Source: the human T2T-CHM13v2.0 reference genome, Homo sapiens
Length of the DNA: 64,000 nucleotides
Assembly: GCF_009914755.1 (NCBI RefSeq)
Contig: NC_060932.1
Strand: one strand, 5' to 3'
Position numbers and translations under genes: made by a program. Numbering within the stretch: the first letter of the stretch is position 1; the number at the start of each line of letters is the position of its first letter. The notes under the pieces are model-generated. The model searched no databases. It had not been told where the DNA came from and worked only from the letters and a program-made list of their open reading frames with translations. Below, in pieces: positions 42,910 to 59,044 of this stretch.

Positions 42910-44062
42910 TTATCACAAAATATGAAGACCTCCAAGGCTGAAGAACGGGTCTAAACAATTACAAGTGCCATCACTGTTTTGATGAACTCACAGTCAAGGG
43001 AATGTAAGACATCCTCCTGTGCATTAATAATACATGCTACTGTGGTCAAATGGAAAAGCATGATAGCCGTAGGAGATCTTGCTCCAACCAGTATTCTCCC
43101 AGCAAAGGCTACTTCTCAAGACTCCTTCAGAGCACTCCGGGAAGGCATGCAAGTATACAAATCGATTTGCTAAATGGGCCTGGCTGCAGATCATACTTTT
43201 GTGTGTGGACCCAGCTGAAAGGTGTCCCTGAATCTATAAGGCCTTCCCATGGTTCCTTGAACCAGTGCAGAGAGAGTCAGGGAACATCACAACAAGAACA
43301 TAGATTCCAGGTCAATTAGACTTGGGCTCAAACTGTAGCTCCACCAACCACCTCCTTGGCCAAGTGGCTCTGGATAAGTCACATGGCCTCGCTAGGAAGA
43401 GGAGTATATGAGTCCATCAGCTTTGCAAGAGGCTGGCAGGATGAAATGCCCAATGTATCCCAAAGAGTCAAGCACTGTGCTGAGTTGACCTTTCCATTGC
43501 AGTGATAAACAACCCAGAATGGCAGAAGTCCACCCTCAAAACCCCCCAAATCCCCTACTCTACCCTAGCCCAGGGCGACAAGTGATAGAAAGTGAGGATC
43601 ATCTTGAAGACATTAATATAAAATGCTTGCATATACTTAACCAAAATAAGGCCTTAATTTAAGCATCTGGAAGAGCTAAACTGCACTTCTAAAGTAAGAA
43701 TTCTTAGATGTCAAACATATTCTACTTTATCATCTGTAGAATTCTGCTTCTTATATGTTGTTAACTTGTAGAAATTATGCACATGATTCATCTCTTCTAA
43801 AACCACACATGCTGGCCATGCACAGTGGGCCTCCCAGGGGCTGCCCCCTGCTCCAAGAGCTTTCAGTCCTGAAGGCGTAAGAGGTAAAGGCCAAGGGCCT
43901 AGAGCTGCAGAGGCCTTAGAGTTCACCTGTCAGCCTCCTCATCGAAAAGCGGAGGCTTAGAGAGGGGAAGTTGCCCGCTGAAAGTGAAACAATGAGGGCC
44001 TTGGGGAAGAATGTTGAGGAAGCCGCTATAAACCAAATCTTTCCACTGCAACCCCCCACTGC

Positions 44063-44110
44063 AAAATAAAATAAAATAAAATAAAAAATAGAAAGAAAAG
44101 AAAAGAAAGA
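44063..44110. repeat. (AAAAT)n / (AAAAG)n simple repeat
   Basis: Read directly from the sequence. Confidence 0.85.
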
Positions 44111-45720
44111 CTTGCCACAGAGCCTCATTCCCTGTTATTTCGAATTCTGTAGTCAAACAATGTCATCAGCCCATCTGGTACTGAATCTGCCCTTCAAGAA
44201 AGAAGTTTTACTTCAATATCACAACAGAGGGAAACCCACTAATAATAGGTTAGTGTCATTTACTATTTCCCAATATGACATAAGACTTAGTTTCTCATAT
44301 GCCTGGGGTTGGCGAATCTGAGAGACTGGAAAATAAATAAATAAATCATCAAAAGACCCCTTTGAACATTGATATATGTGACATTTGCTGTCCCATGATA
44401 ACAGACACCATGCTGGGACAGGAAAGTTAGCAAATCAAACGTTTTAGCACATGGTTTAGAGAGGCCATTATGCCTTCTACAAAATCAACTTCTCCATTTA
44501 AATTTCTGGGCATAATGATTTCTCATCACTGATCAGTATGTTTTAAAAGGTGATAGCCTACACAGAGCATGATTTACCAACACTGAGGTGGAACTGGGTC
44601 CCTGTTTATGACTCTGCAGCTGCTAATCCTCACTGATGCCTAATTCTGGTTCCATCTCTGGGAATAAGGGAACAATCTAACTTCAGTGTGCTCATTTATA
44701 GACCAGGTTGTTCTGAGGCTAATTTCCAGTTCAAACGCAATTCAAGTCTTCAAAGCAGTTTTGTACCCTCAAAGGAGATTACCATCAAGACCAGAGCAGG
44801 AGAGAAGCTACGGGAGGCGTGAAATCAGGGGACCTCACATTTTTAGGATGAGAGACATCACAGAACCTGTCTAAACGTGGAGGTGAAGGAACCAAGGGAG
44901 GCAGCTGAATGCCCAGTTGAAATTCCAGAGCACAGAGGTCGTCATTTTCAGTGGGTAACACAGGGATGAACCCCAGAGCACTGCTAGAGAGAAGGGGAGG
45001 GGAGGTGGGAGATGGGCCCAACAGAAGAAGAGGTAAGGAAGGAAAGAATGGAGAAAAGAAGGCAGGCAAAGAAAGGGCCATGTGCAGAGATATTCTGAAG
45101 GAAGTTTAGATGACATGAGGCATGGAGGGAAGGAAACACAGATTAAAAAGGACCTCTTCACCAAACAGTTTGGAATTTTAACAGAGAAGTTCTGCTCAAC
45201 CACATAATTGTACATTTTAAGTATATCACTCAGGGATTGGCCTTTGCTGAAAACATTTTTAATTAATGTTTTCTCTTAAGGAGCGTGCTTAATTCATGAT
45301 GGAGAAGGAAGAGATCATTCAATTAGATTAATCTTTGTGTAATAATAAGTCAAAACTACTTAAATTCCAGCCTTTAACAAAGTGATATATCTATGCGGAA
45401 AAAAAAAAAATCCGTGCTAGCAAAGAAAAACTCAAACCCTAAATTAGCAGGTTAATTCACAGTGTGGACATAAGAAATAGCAAATACTCAGTTTGATACG
45501 TGGTTGTCAACGTGAGAAAATAAAGCACGCTAAATTCTATAGAATAAGCTTTTCCAACCCCAGAAATTACTAGGAACTCAATAGTTTTCTTGGCTGTAAC
45601 AACTTGTAAATATCTAGAAGAGCCCAGATTTTGAAGCCCTGAGAACACTTGCTAAAACTAAGAAATTTGGCACTAGTCTTTGCACACAATTTGGGTTTTC
45701 TTTCAGAATTGATATCTTAC

Positions 45721-45789
45721 CAAATACAGCCATCTGTGTTCCCTCTGGGAAAGGTTCGACTGTTCTGTTGCCATTGACATGATGTTTGG
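45721..45789 (-). CDS. MSRA: MSRA internal coding exon (exon 2), 69 nt, phase 1-1; not in the ORF track
   Basis: Reverse complement ...tttttttctag|CC AAA CAT CAT GTC AAT GGC AAC AGA ACA GTC GAA CCT TTC CCA GAG GGA ACA CAG ATG GCT GTA TTT G|gtaaga gives (A)KHHVNGNRTVEPFPEGTQMAVF(G). It splices in frame to 8523 to give ...MAVFGMGCFWG. Confidence 0.97.
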
Positions 45790-47469
45790 CTAGAAAAAAA
45801 AAAAAAGAAATGCAAGTTTAAGTGTAAAGTTCTAACACATACTAACACATGTCATTAAATGTGTCAATGAGCCTATTTCTCCTTTGAGTTAAAAATGCAC
45901 CCAAGCTTACCCTCTGAAGAGAGCTTCAATTATTTTGTTTTTCATCTCCATTGCAGAAGGGCCTAGAGATCATCTAGTTCAGGTATGTCATTTTATAAAT
46001 GAGTAGGCTGAGGTCTGAGCTTGTGCAGAGCTGGACAATGGGTGGCTACAGACCCAGCCGGGCCTGAAGGCTCCCGACACCCAGCCAGAGTCCCTCTTCT
46101 GCCACACCATCTCTAAAAAACAAGCAAAGCTCCAACTTCCAGGCTGAACTGGGGGTGAGTCCCCCTGCAGACTCCTAACAATCAGAACACTGATGCACTC
46201 AGTATTTAAAGTGAGAAGTAAAAAGGGCAAGGTTCCATTGGGAGCAATTTTTCAAAAAACACAATAGCAGAACATGTCATTTCAGTACAGTACAAGCACT
46301 GTTCACCCAGGCCAAAGACACCAGCCTCCTTAAGAGCCAGAGAGATATTCCAGTGCCTCCTACAGCTCCTTATCCCCCCACCCAGGTCCTCCTAACCAGT
46401 CACCCTTCCCACCCTAGTAAACACTGAGGACTCGGAAGTAACAAGTGACCAGGTTATTGTTTTCCAGCATTAACTTGATCTTACAACCCCCAAACTGTGA
46501 TCAATAGACAATATGAGTATTCCCCATCTATGAGCATTTTCTAAATAATATCCTCAGCAGGTTTTGAATAGGAGCACTTATGTGGAAAACACAAAAGAAA
46601 AGGATAGCTAAGACGCTTCACACTGCATCATCGGCAGAGACGCTTTGATGTAATGGGTCACACTGGATTGGCTGGGTTCAGGCAAAGGGCTCAGCACTGA
46701 AGCCACGCTTGGAGGGGTCTAGGGAAGGATGACACAGTTCCTGCCCTCGAGGAGAGTACAGTTATCTTCAAGAAATAACAACTGCAAAAACAAACATTAA
46801 AGAAGGCATATAATTATGTGCTAAGTCCTGCCATGTGGACGGAGGGTTCTGCAGGAGTGCAGGTAATTGTAGCAGGAGAGCTGGGTGGGAAGTCAGATGT
46901 GCTGCCAGAAGGCGCTGCCACTCCTGGAGTCCGAAGGAGAAGTCAGGTTTGCAAAGGCAAGGGTGAGAGAGCAACTTCAGTGAGGGCCAGGAGTCATCTT
47001 CCCGGGCCAGAGAACAATCTGTCTTGGTGCAGTGGAGGTGCTATTTTGAGAAGCAATGGCAAGTAAATCTCTTAGACCGAGACTAGGTCACGGAAGATCT
47101 TGAGCACCCATCCAAACCCATGGGAAGCTGCCTGTAGCCCTTAGGGATTCCATCAGTTCCCTTCTGGGGCTTCCACTGGTTGTAAAGTCATTGTGGCATT
47201 CCTACAAGCAAAAAGCCTGGGAAAAGGGAGAACCCAGCCCAGGGTTCTGAGGTCAAGGTGGTGGGCTCAGTGGCCTTATAGAGGTCTGTAGCCACTAACT
47301 GGCACAATTAGCAGATGTGTGATGGAAGGTCCCAGCTGTGTGATGGAAGGACCCTGTCAAGCATTCACTGATCTGGTTAGGACCACTGGTTACTGAATTC
47401 AAATAAACATGCTGAGCTTCCGTGTGGAGATCAAAGATCTGCCCTTTCGTTCTTGCCTCACAGCCCTGT

Positions 47470-48015
47470 CAGTGGTTTGGAAAACATTTGCCTTGACCCA
47501 TATCACAAGTCAGAAACCAAACTCTTTAAACCCATGAATCCCACTCGTAAGAATACACCTTAAGAAAAAAACACACGAGAAGAAAAGGTGATACACATAA
47601 TATCTATGAAAGTATTACCTGTAATAACAAAATCTTAAAATCAACTAAATATCCAAAAGTAGAGGAATTGCTTAGAAAATTACCATTTATGATTTATCAA
47701 ATGAATGGAATATTACCCAACATGTTTTAAATGCAGCCTTGAGAGAGATACAGAAATGTGGGAAAATATTTGGGATAATGGTAAGGAAACACAATCCTAT
47801 TACAACTTCTACATAGACTATAATGACAACTAATTAAAATATGAATATTTATGTGAAAAGACTGGCAGAAGAACATAAAAATGAAAACACAAAGACTATG
47901 CAAGACATTTATTTTTATTTATTTCCTTTCTCATTGTTAGATTCTTTTCTTTTTGTCTAGGGTGAAAATGTTTGAATTCAAACAAATGAAAATTATAGAT
48001 TTTTCTATTTTTTCC
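47470..48015 (+). mobile_element. Old L1ME-like 3' end
   Basis: aatcaactaaatatccaaaagtagaggaattg; aaaagactggcagaagaacat. Confidence 0.6.
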
Positions 48016-48089
48016 ACAGTAGTTGGTTTCCCAGGACAATCCATCAAGGTCTGTCGATGGCCCAGCTGAAACCCACATGTTCACAATCC

Positions 48090-48830
48090 AAAGTGCACCC
48101 TATCTGACATCTCCTCTGAACACCGCAAAACTACACAGGATGTCCTCCCATCCCAAACCAGCTTCTGTGCCAGCATCCCCCACCTTTGGGAATGGGCCTG
48201 CCATGCTCCTGCTTTCTAACTGTCCTTATCCCTTCTCTTCCTTCACTCCCCACATCCAATCTGCCACCACAGCCAGCGACTGTCCCCCTCCAGACACCTG
48301 TAGCATCCCCCTCACTTCTTTTTTTCATTACCGAAGCCTCCCTAGCCCCAAATGTCATGACCCCTTTTTCCGGACTCCGACATCTGCCTTCTAACTCTTG
48401 TATATCCCTTGTCCAATTCATTCTTCCCAAGGTAGCCACAATTATCTTTCCAAAGGGAAAAAAATCTAATCATGTGACACAAACTCCAAGACCCCTCCTC
48501 CCCTTCCATGGCATCCCATGACTCTCAGGCCACAGTCAAAGCTCTTTGGCATGGCCTGCAAGCACCTGCATGGTCAGAACACTAGCATCCCTCATCCATC
48601 CACCACAGCCACCCTGATCCCTCAGGACCAAGGGCCTTTCCTCTGCAGCACTCACCCAAGTAGCACTTTGCACTTATGCCACTGTTTGTACAGGGACTGC
48701 ATCTATCAGTAGACTGCAAGCTCAGGGAGGGCAGGGGTCGTAGCTCTCTGACTCCCCATTTCCATAATCCTCTCTCAGCGTATGGACACAGAACGGGCAT
48801 TTGATGAGTATTTGTTAAATTAACGAGTGA
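48090..48830 (+). mobile_element. L2 LINE 3' portion
   Basis: cagtagactgcaagctcagggagggcagggg...tgagtatttgttaaattaacgagtga. Confidence 0.72.
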
Positions 48831-48906
48831 GGTAAATGGTACTAAAAAATCTCTCTTTAGCCATTATGAAAGATAACTTATTTGATCCATTAAAAATACA
48901 TATATA

Positions 48907-50212
48907 CAGTTATGCATCACTTAACAACAGGGATATATTCAGGGAAATCTATGTGTTGTCAGGTCATTTTGTCATTGGGCAACACAGAGTGCACTTACAC
49001 AAACCTAGATGGTAGAGCCAACTACACACCTAAGCTATGGCTATGTGGTATAGTCTATTGCCCCTAGGCTATGACCTGTACAGCATGTGACTATACTGAA
49101 TACTGTAGTCAACTGTAATACAATGATAAGTATTTGTGATCTAGATATCTATAAGCACAGAAAAGGTACGGTAAAAATACAGTATAAAAGATTTAAAAAA
49201 AAGGTACACCTGTCTAGGGTATTTATGACAAATGGAGCTTGCAGGACTGGAAGCTGCTCTGGGTAAGTCAATGAGTGGTGAGTGGGTGTGAAGGCCTAGG
49301 CCATTACTGAACACTACCACGGACTTTATAAATATCACGCACTTAGGCTACACTAAATTGTTTTTTAAATTTTCTTTCTTCAATACTAAATTAACCTCAG
49401 CTACTGTAATTTTTTACTTTATAAACTTTTAAACTATTTTTTACTTTTCGACTGTTGTAATAACATAACTTAACACAAGCACATTGTACAATTATATGAA
49501 AATATTTTTATATTTATTCTATAAGCTCTTCCTGTTTTTAAAATTTTCATTTTTTACTTTTTAAATTTTCTGTTGAAAACTTCTTCCTATTTTTAAAATT
49601 TTCATTTTTTACTTTTTAAATTTTGTTGAAAACTTCTATTTTTAAAATTTTCATTTTTTACTTTTTAAATTTTCTGTTGAAAACTAAGACACAAATGCAC
49701 ACATTCGCCTAAGCCTAAGCATGATCAGAATCATTAATATCACTGTCTTCCACCCTCCACATCTCGTCCCACTGGAAGGTCTTTAGAGGCAATAACACGC
49801 TTGGAGCTGTCATCTCCTATGGTAACAATGTCTCCTTCTGGACACCTCCTGAAGTACCTGCCTCAGGCTATTTTACAGTTTTTTATAACTGCAGGAGCAC
49901 ACTCTAAAATAAGGACAAAAAGTATAGTATAGCAAATACATAAGCCAGTAACATCATTGTTTATGATGATTATCAACTATTATGTACTATACATTATCGA
50001 ATGTGCTGAACTTTTATATGACTAGCAGTGCAGTAGGTTTGTTTACAACAGTGTGACCAAAAATACATGAATAATGTGTTGTGCTACGATGTCACCATGG
50101 TTACAATGTCACTAGGTGATAAAAATCTTTCAGTTCCACTATAATCTTAAGGGACCACCATCATATACATAATCCCTTGTTGGTCAAAACATTGTTATGT
50201 GGCACATGACTG
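48907..50212. mobile_element. Tigger3 (Tc1/mariner, Tigger3b-like) non-autonomous DNA transposon
   Basis: Terminal inverted repeats cagttatgcatcacttaacaac / attgttatgtggcacatgactg, preceded by TA; internal cacttacacaaacctagatggta. Confidence 0.9.
49528..49685. repeat. Three tandem copies of a ~52-55-bp AT-rich unit inside Tigger3
   Basis: ...tttttaaaattttcattttttactttttaaatttt(ct)gttgaaaact repeated three times. Confidence 0.93.
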
Positions 50213-50639
50213 TTACATATCTTTATGTGTACATGCGTGTGTTCCTTACATAAAATGATCATTGAAAATGGCCCCTCAGAAATAGTTTCCCCAGCCAGGT
50301 GACCTGGATACAAGGGAACTCCTCTATTCCACTCCTTAAATCTCAACCCCTCTTCCCTTTCCCATTTACCTAGTCTCAACTGAGAGGTGGGCAGTGCTGG
50401 CTGAGATGGAAAGACCAGAAATACTGCATGAATTGGAGAAGGTGGAGGGAGTTCACTTGCTATTCCCTCATCACTCATGAGGTCCCTGGCGGCTTTGTCT
50501 TGTCTTTAATTCCAGAGCCTGAAGCCCAAAGATAACAGGTTCTTAAAACGTGATTTTGCACCTTCTACTGAAATACAGCTGAGTCTTACATCAGTCCTGT
50601 GGACCGCAGGCACAACACTCACAAGCAGGAGACAGGACA

Positions 50640-50900
50640 GAACTGGTGGCTAAGAACAGGCGATCCAGGACAAGACGGCCTGACTGTGACTCTCAGCTCT
50701 CCCACTTCCTACCCATATGATCTTGGCTTAGTCACTCAACCTCTTCATGCCTCTGTGTCCTCATCTGTAAGAATTTCTTCATTTTAAGTTTCCTCATTTG
50801 TACTTACTTCATGGGGTGTTTTGAGAATTAAATACAAAAAGCACTCAGAACAGTGTCCAGTACATAACAAACTCTATAAAACAGTTAGGCTGGTATTATC
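50640..50900 (+). mobile_element. MIR SINE
   Basis: tatgatcttggcttagtcactcaacctcttcatgcctctgtgtcctcatctgtaa; aaagcactcagaacagtgtccagtacata. Confidence 0.78.
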
Positions 50901-53509
50901 ACCTGTGTGAACTTTACTTTCCAACAGGTCTGTTTCAGGAACGGCAAATAAACATTAGTCACCTCCCCTCCACGACCATGCCCATGGCAGACATCACTAA
51001 TCAAACACAGCATACTTTCTTGATCCCTGAATGTGCCCACAGAATCTTTTCTCAACACAGTACCCATAGAGTCTCATCGCTTAGAGGCATCATGTGTGAT
51101 GAAATCATTTTGCCATTGCTGGTTTAAATGGATAAAACAAAGATGGCACAGGGGAAGAAGTCATTTTCCTTCTCATTTCTACACTGTGATAACAAACCTC
51201 TGAAAATCCCCCACACTATATATTGCTCTAGGGATAAAAGAATAAGGGGAAATCTGAGAGCTACTTTCCACTCCACAATGGGAAAATAGCAAGTTCTTTA
51301 CAACCAAGAAATGACCCCAGCTCTATTCCTAGAAACCAAGGTGGAGTTTTTAAAGACATTTTCTCATTGAAATTCTGCTAAGGCAAGTATTTGGGGGCCA
51401 AAGAACCAAAGATCCTTTAAACCCTTCGTATAGGTTCAGTAAGATATGGGGGAAGGGTGGGCTAACCTGGGAACCTAACCCACCATTTACAAATTTGTTT
51501 CAAAATCAATGGCATGTTTCACCACAGAAACAAATTTATTAAACAGAAAAGCCATTCATTAATTGAGCCCTAACTATTGATTACCAGTAGAGTGTCAAAT
51601 GGAGACACAAGAGTCTCCAACAGGGACATCTGTTACCCAGCCATAGCAGAGTGGGTGCCTCCCAACTGGTGGGTTGGGCACATGCCCCAGCCCCTTCTCT
51701 GCTACAAGGGGCACATGCCAAAGCCACATGCTCTGGGAGGACAACCTCTGCTGATGGCAGTGACGTGTCCTCCACCAAGAAGATATGAGGACAAGAAACA
51801 GATTTTCATTCATCTTGAGAGCGCAGTGCTTGCAGAGTAGCAGTTAATTAGACCAAGACTGGGTCAAAGTCAACTTCTGGATGTTGAAGGGGATCGGGGG
51901 GACATGTTCAAAAGCTTAAGAAGATGATACTGACATTGCTTTTTATTTTGTTTTGTGAATGTCTCATGCACTTCAAATTGTATGACTTTCTTCCTTGAAA
52001 AGGGCACAGTAAAACTGCTTGGTAACACATCTACAATAATGCAAAATCAGGCATAAACCAATCAGGGATGAGCTCCCTGTCCTGTGCTCAACTGGGAACA
52101 CCTAAAATTCGTATCCTCTGGGTAAGGAGGGTGGGGAAAGCAGTGGGGACTGGGTGACCAGGGGACACCACCTAACTGGAGATTCCAGGAACAGCAGCTG
52201 CCATCTTGGGAGTCCTGGTTAGCCACTAGACACAAAATCATCTCAGGACTGGAAGAGTCTTGGATCAGACTAAACTCTCAGAACTGCCGGTCATCAAGAA
52301 GTACAATCTCATCGGGTCATGTTATTAACCCCATGCCAACCCAACCCATACCGCATGCTCCTGAGGGATCTGGACTGACGTATCAAGTGTTTCTACTGAC
52401 TAATCCAGCTGCTACTACACTGAGCAGCAGAGAGGAGGGTCACGGTGGGGCTGGAGTAAAGTGCATTTATCTCAGTAATATGGTAAAAATCTGTCAACAC
52501 CCCAACAAAATATGGTCTCACAGTCCCTCTTCTTATCTGTTTCTTTGTGGCTCCTTCTCCAGGTCACAAAGTCATGGTGGTTCAGGGTACAAGTCAGTCA
52601 GGAAGTAAGTAAGGTTCCTATGTGGCCCACAAGCCCTGGCCTCAGACTAGCCACTCCCATCTCTGCAGCGGGCCCCTCAAGGACACTGACTGAGCGTTCT
52701 GGGCCCTGATCCTGCCCAGGTCCTCTCCGCAGATGCTAAGGATGAGGTGGCTGTCACTCAAATCTGGGGCAGGGGCTCTGAGAGAGGATGGAGTCACGCC
52801 TCTAGTCATACATGCCCAGGGGCACTGAGGTTCTGGTTGTGTTTGTCCCTCACAGCTCCTACAATGTGCGATATGGTGTTTTAAGGTGCAAGTTAACCAA
52901 GAGTGGGTTTTGCCCCCAATAGCAGCATGTTCTATATGTCAGGAGAGGCTACGTGGGGACAAACATGGTGCTGGGTGAGTCACTGGGAGGGGCTTCTCCC
53001 CTCCCTGCTGACCACTACGCCCACTCATCCTGTGTCCCAGGAATTCCCAGTGCTCCTCCCTGACCTGGAAGGCAAGCGACAACCAGCAGCTGGGACCCGT
53101 GATGAGGAGCAGCAAGGCAGGGAGTCCCCCAGGAAGGCCATGGTGGGAATAAGGCAAATGTCCCCAGCTGCTGTGGGTACCCAGAAGGTGAGATTTACTC
53201 TCAAAGCTGGAGGTGAAGGGGAAGGCAGCTCACTGCTCTCCCCCATGGTGACCAGGGACCATATGCAAGTGGGGGCTGCCCCCAAAACAAAAGGTATGTG
53301 ATGGAAAAACAGAGGACAATTGGACAACAGTGAAAAATCACAGCACGAAAAACAAATCAGGTGTCATTCAGGATTTTATCCTCTTGCTCTGACCACGGCC
53401 TCCCCGCAGTCAACCCCGCCCTCCACGACCATCTGGCCCGCTCCCTTTGCTCCAGACGCAGCAGAACGGAGATACACCTCCCGGCTGGTAATGGAGCCGA
53501 TGCCCAGCT

Positions 53510-53551
53510 CAGGCAACCCCCATACCTCCCCAGGCAACCCCCATACCTCCC
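53510..53551. repeat. Perfect 21-bp tandem duplication
   Basis: caggcaacccccatacctccc at 53510-53530 and 53531-53551. Confidence 0.95.
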
Positions 53552-54054
53552 AGCTCTTTCTGCAGAAGAACAAGCCTGAGCTTCAAGAGGTCACAATAGG
53601 ATGGGCAGAACAGGCCAGGCTGAAAGCCCAGCCAGCACAGTAACCCACCTTGGTGAGGCATAAGCTGGTACCTAGAGGCGGGTCCTTTGGCTCATGTTCA
53701 CTCCCTGGCAAGGATGTTCTCCACATTGATAAGTGCCAGGAGTTAGTGTTGTGGGGCAAAGATAAATTTCACAGATCCTACACTCAAGGACTCCATTTCA
53801 TCAACCAGTTATTAAGAAAAATCCTAAGAGAGGATTTTTAGCCCAAAGAGTGAGGAAATAAGGATGAGGACACATTTTTAATAGAATAAAGCATTATGCA
53901 AATAGAGGGCATTCTTCCTTCTCATGATTTGCCTGCTGCATTTCCTGAAGTCTGCTCAGTGCACAAGCCCACTAGTGTGACTACAAGCCTAGGATGGCAA
54001 AGCTGAATGGAGATGCCCCAACCACAAGCCCTTTTTATTCATTAAAAAAAAACT

Positions 54055-54325
<271 letters not shown>

Positions 54326-54559
54326 CTACCGGCCTAGGGTGAGCCTACCATGCCCCCTATTCCCTGAGACTGCAGACTGTCTGGGGAGTGAAGAAAGGTG
54401 ATCAGAGGGATCCCCCATTAGAGTGCAAGAGGAACCCAGCGGCCCTAGAAGACAGCATGGAAACCATTTCTCCAGGCTCCCAAAGCAGGCATCCATGATT
54501 CTGCAAAAGACAGAGGTTGCATCACCAAAGACAAAGGGAGGAATGATGGGAACTGATAT

Positions 54560-55490
<931 letters not shown>

Positions 55491-56698
55491 TCAAAAGAAA
55501 AAAAAACTGAAAGCAACGCTTGAAAAAAGGAAAGTTAGCCCCTATCGGGTATATTTTGGAAGTTGTAAAATACTACGTGTTCTCTTCTAAGTCCCACTCC
55601 TCTGTTTTCTTTGAGCAGGAAAGAGAAAGCAGTCACCCTCTCTTCCATGACAACAACCCATGACCGGCTGCTTGCCTGCTCCATCACAGGAAGGTGCAGC
55701 AGAGCCCTTTTCTTCCCAGGGTTGTGGGCACCTTGAACTATCCTGGCTTGCTAGCTAAGAAACTGCCCCAAGTGACGCACACTCAAGCTGTTCGGGGACT
55801 TCCAGAATAAACCAAACCAGCTGTATTACTGGTCTTTGACATCCTCTCTGGTCAGGGCCAAGTCACTGTCCCTGTCTTGGAGAGGGCTTCTGAGCAAGCT
55901 TATCAACTCCCAGGTGGGCATGTGTAGGCAGGGCGGATGGACGTTGGCAGAGAGACCTGGGAACCCATATCTGCCCCACCAAGGCCTGGGGATCTGCATT
56001 TCAGCCAAACCCCATCACAGTTAGAATGTGGCTCCTGAACACTGGTATTTGCACAGTGCTTACTGGTGGTGATACAGACGGAAAGACAACCCTGGCCCTC
56101 TCTCCAGCCTTCACCAGCCCGCAATGCCCGACCCACTTCTTAGGGTTGCTGATCAGACACGTCAACACATGCCTCTGTGTTGACAGCACTGCCTGCAGCT
56201 CTCCAAGCATCCTGCATCTCCGGCAAGCACCAGACTAGCCTGAGTTCCCAACACAAGCACTCCATCATCATTAATTCCATTTTTAGAAGAAATCCATTTT
56301 CACCTTTGTAATACTTTTATTAATTGCCACATTTAAGTACCATGTCTAACTTAGGCGTCTGTGATAAGCATATAATATTACATTAATTGATGGAAATTTT
56401 CCACCTGACTTTTATGAAATCTCACCACCACTATTAACACAAGTAATTCCTAATGACTACCAAAATTAGATAATCTTGAGAATATAAATGACAATGAAAA
56501 TAAGGTTATTTTAAGGATTAAAATCTGTATTTCAGCCTGATGCCTGTGACACCCTTGTGAATAACAACGTTGAAAGTAGGTGTACTGAAACACATGGCTA
56601 TAGACCAAAAGGAATTTGTTTTATACTAAGACATGTGTTTCCTATTGAGTCTAAAACATATTTTACATTTTGAAGATGAATGTTAAACATATCTATAA

Positions 56699-57240
<542 letters not shown>

Positions 57241-58081
57241 TTAAGGCATAAGGCCCACCGAGGAACTTGCTCATCCTATCACCCAAGTCATACTGTCACT
57301 CTGGAGCCCAACGTGTGCCTCCAAAACATCATTAAATGTTTCTACAAGCAGTTCTACACCACAGCACGAAGAGAAGGTGGCACACGTTTCTAGAGAAGCT
57401 CCACAGTATACAGCACATCTCTCTTCCTTGTGAACATGTCAGCGGCCTTAAGCATGTACCACACTGTCCCTTGAAGGCACATCGTATGCCTGGAGGTTGC
57501 AAGGGGCACTGTCAGCTGTCAGAGAGCAGCTGAGCGGGGAGTGGTCCAGTGGCTCCCCCACCCCGCACCCTCTCCTCTCTGACAGTGATAAATGATCGGA
57601 GGTAATGGTCAGCTGAGCCTGATGGGCCCACACCTCCCCTTCCAATCTGTTCCAGACCAACACCAACCTTTCACCCTTGAACACTGCTGTCAGCTTTACA
57701 AAGCAGGCCTGCTGCAGGGTAAGGTCAGGGCTATTGGCTTTCTGGCTGCTATTCGTTCGTGAAAACGAATTCTGGCTTTATTTCTTGATGGAAGCTCCCC
57801 ATCAAAAATGGAGCATGAACTGTGTCATTATAAACTTTACAGCAAACTTGTCTTGATTCTCTTTTTACATGAGAGATGAAGGAGATAGCTAAATATGTGA
57901 CTTTAAGAAGAAAAGAGGAATCATTGTAGATATAAACATAGATATCAGTTTTGCTCAGGCCAGCTGGCCTCCATTAAAAACACAAGGCTTCCAATTTATT
58001 CAATTATTGTCTCTTGCTGAGGTTCAGAAGACAAAGAAGATTCTACAGGAAATAATATAGTGATAAAGAGATAGAAAATTA

Positions 58082-58387
<306 letters not shown>

Positions 58388-59044
58388 TTAACATGGAACA
58401 TTAACAAGGTTCATCCCAGTTGAGCTTCCATAGCACAGGCTTTGCTCACGGACAAAGACAGTCATCACAAGATTGCTTGTAAAAATACTGGTCCTAACAG
58501 TTTGCATAAAATAATCCATGCTATGCAATAATCAGCATTGTTATAAAGAATAGGGTAACTATAGTTACAGATATGAAACTATCTACCAGATACACAGTTA
58601 ATTGAGGGAAAAATCAAAGTGCAGGAGAATAGTACTGCATTCTATAATTTGTTTTTAAAAACTCTTGTTACTTTTGAACTTCTGTGTGATGTATTACTTT
58701 TTCAGAAACGGAAATAAAAAATATTTTAAACATCTCCAGTCTTTGCTCCCCCAGTGAACACCTGGAAGCCCAGGAGTCTCTTCCCAGGGCTGAGGGCCAG
58801 GCTGGGATGTAGGAGTGGCTGGCAGCTGCAGGTAAGCAGCCCCTGAGCTCTGATCAGCCTCATGCTTAAACTGCATCCAGTCCCAGGACAAATGTCAAAG
58901 ATGATCCCATTTGTATCATATGGTAGAAAAACTGCAACCCAGCTTTAAAATTCCAAGTAAGTACCCTAGAAGGCCTCAAGATAGAGCTATCACTTCATTT
59001 CCTCTACAAAATTGGGCTGCAGTCCCCAGAGTAATATGTTAATT

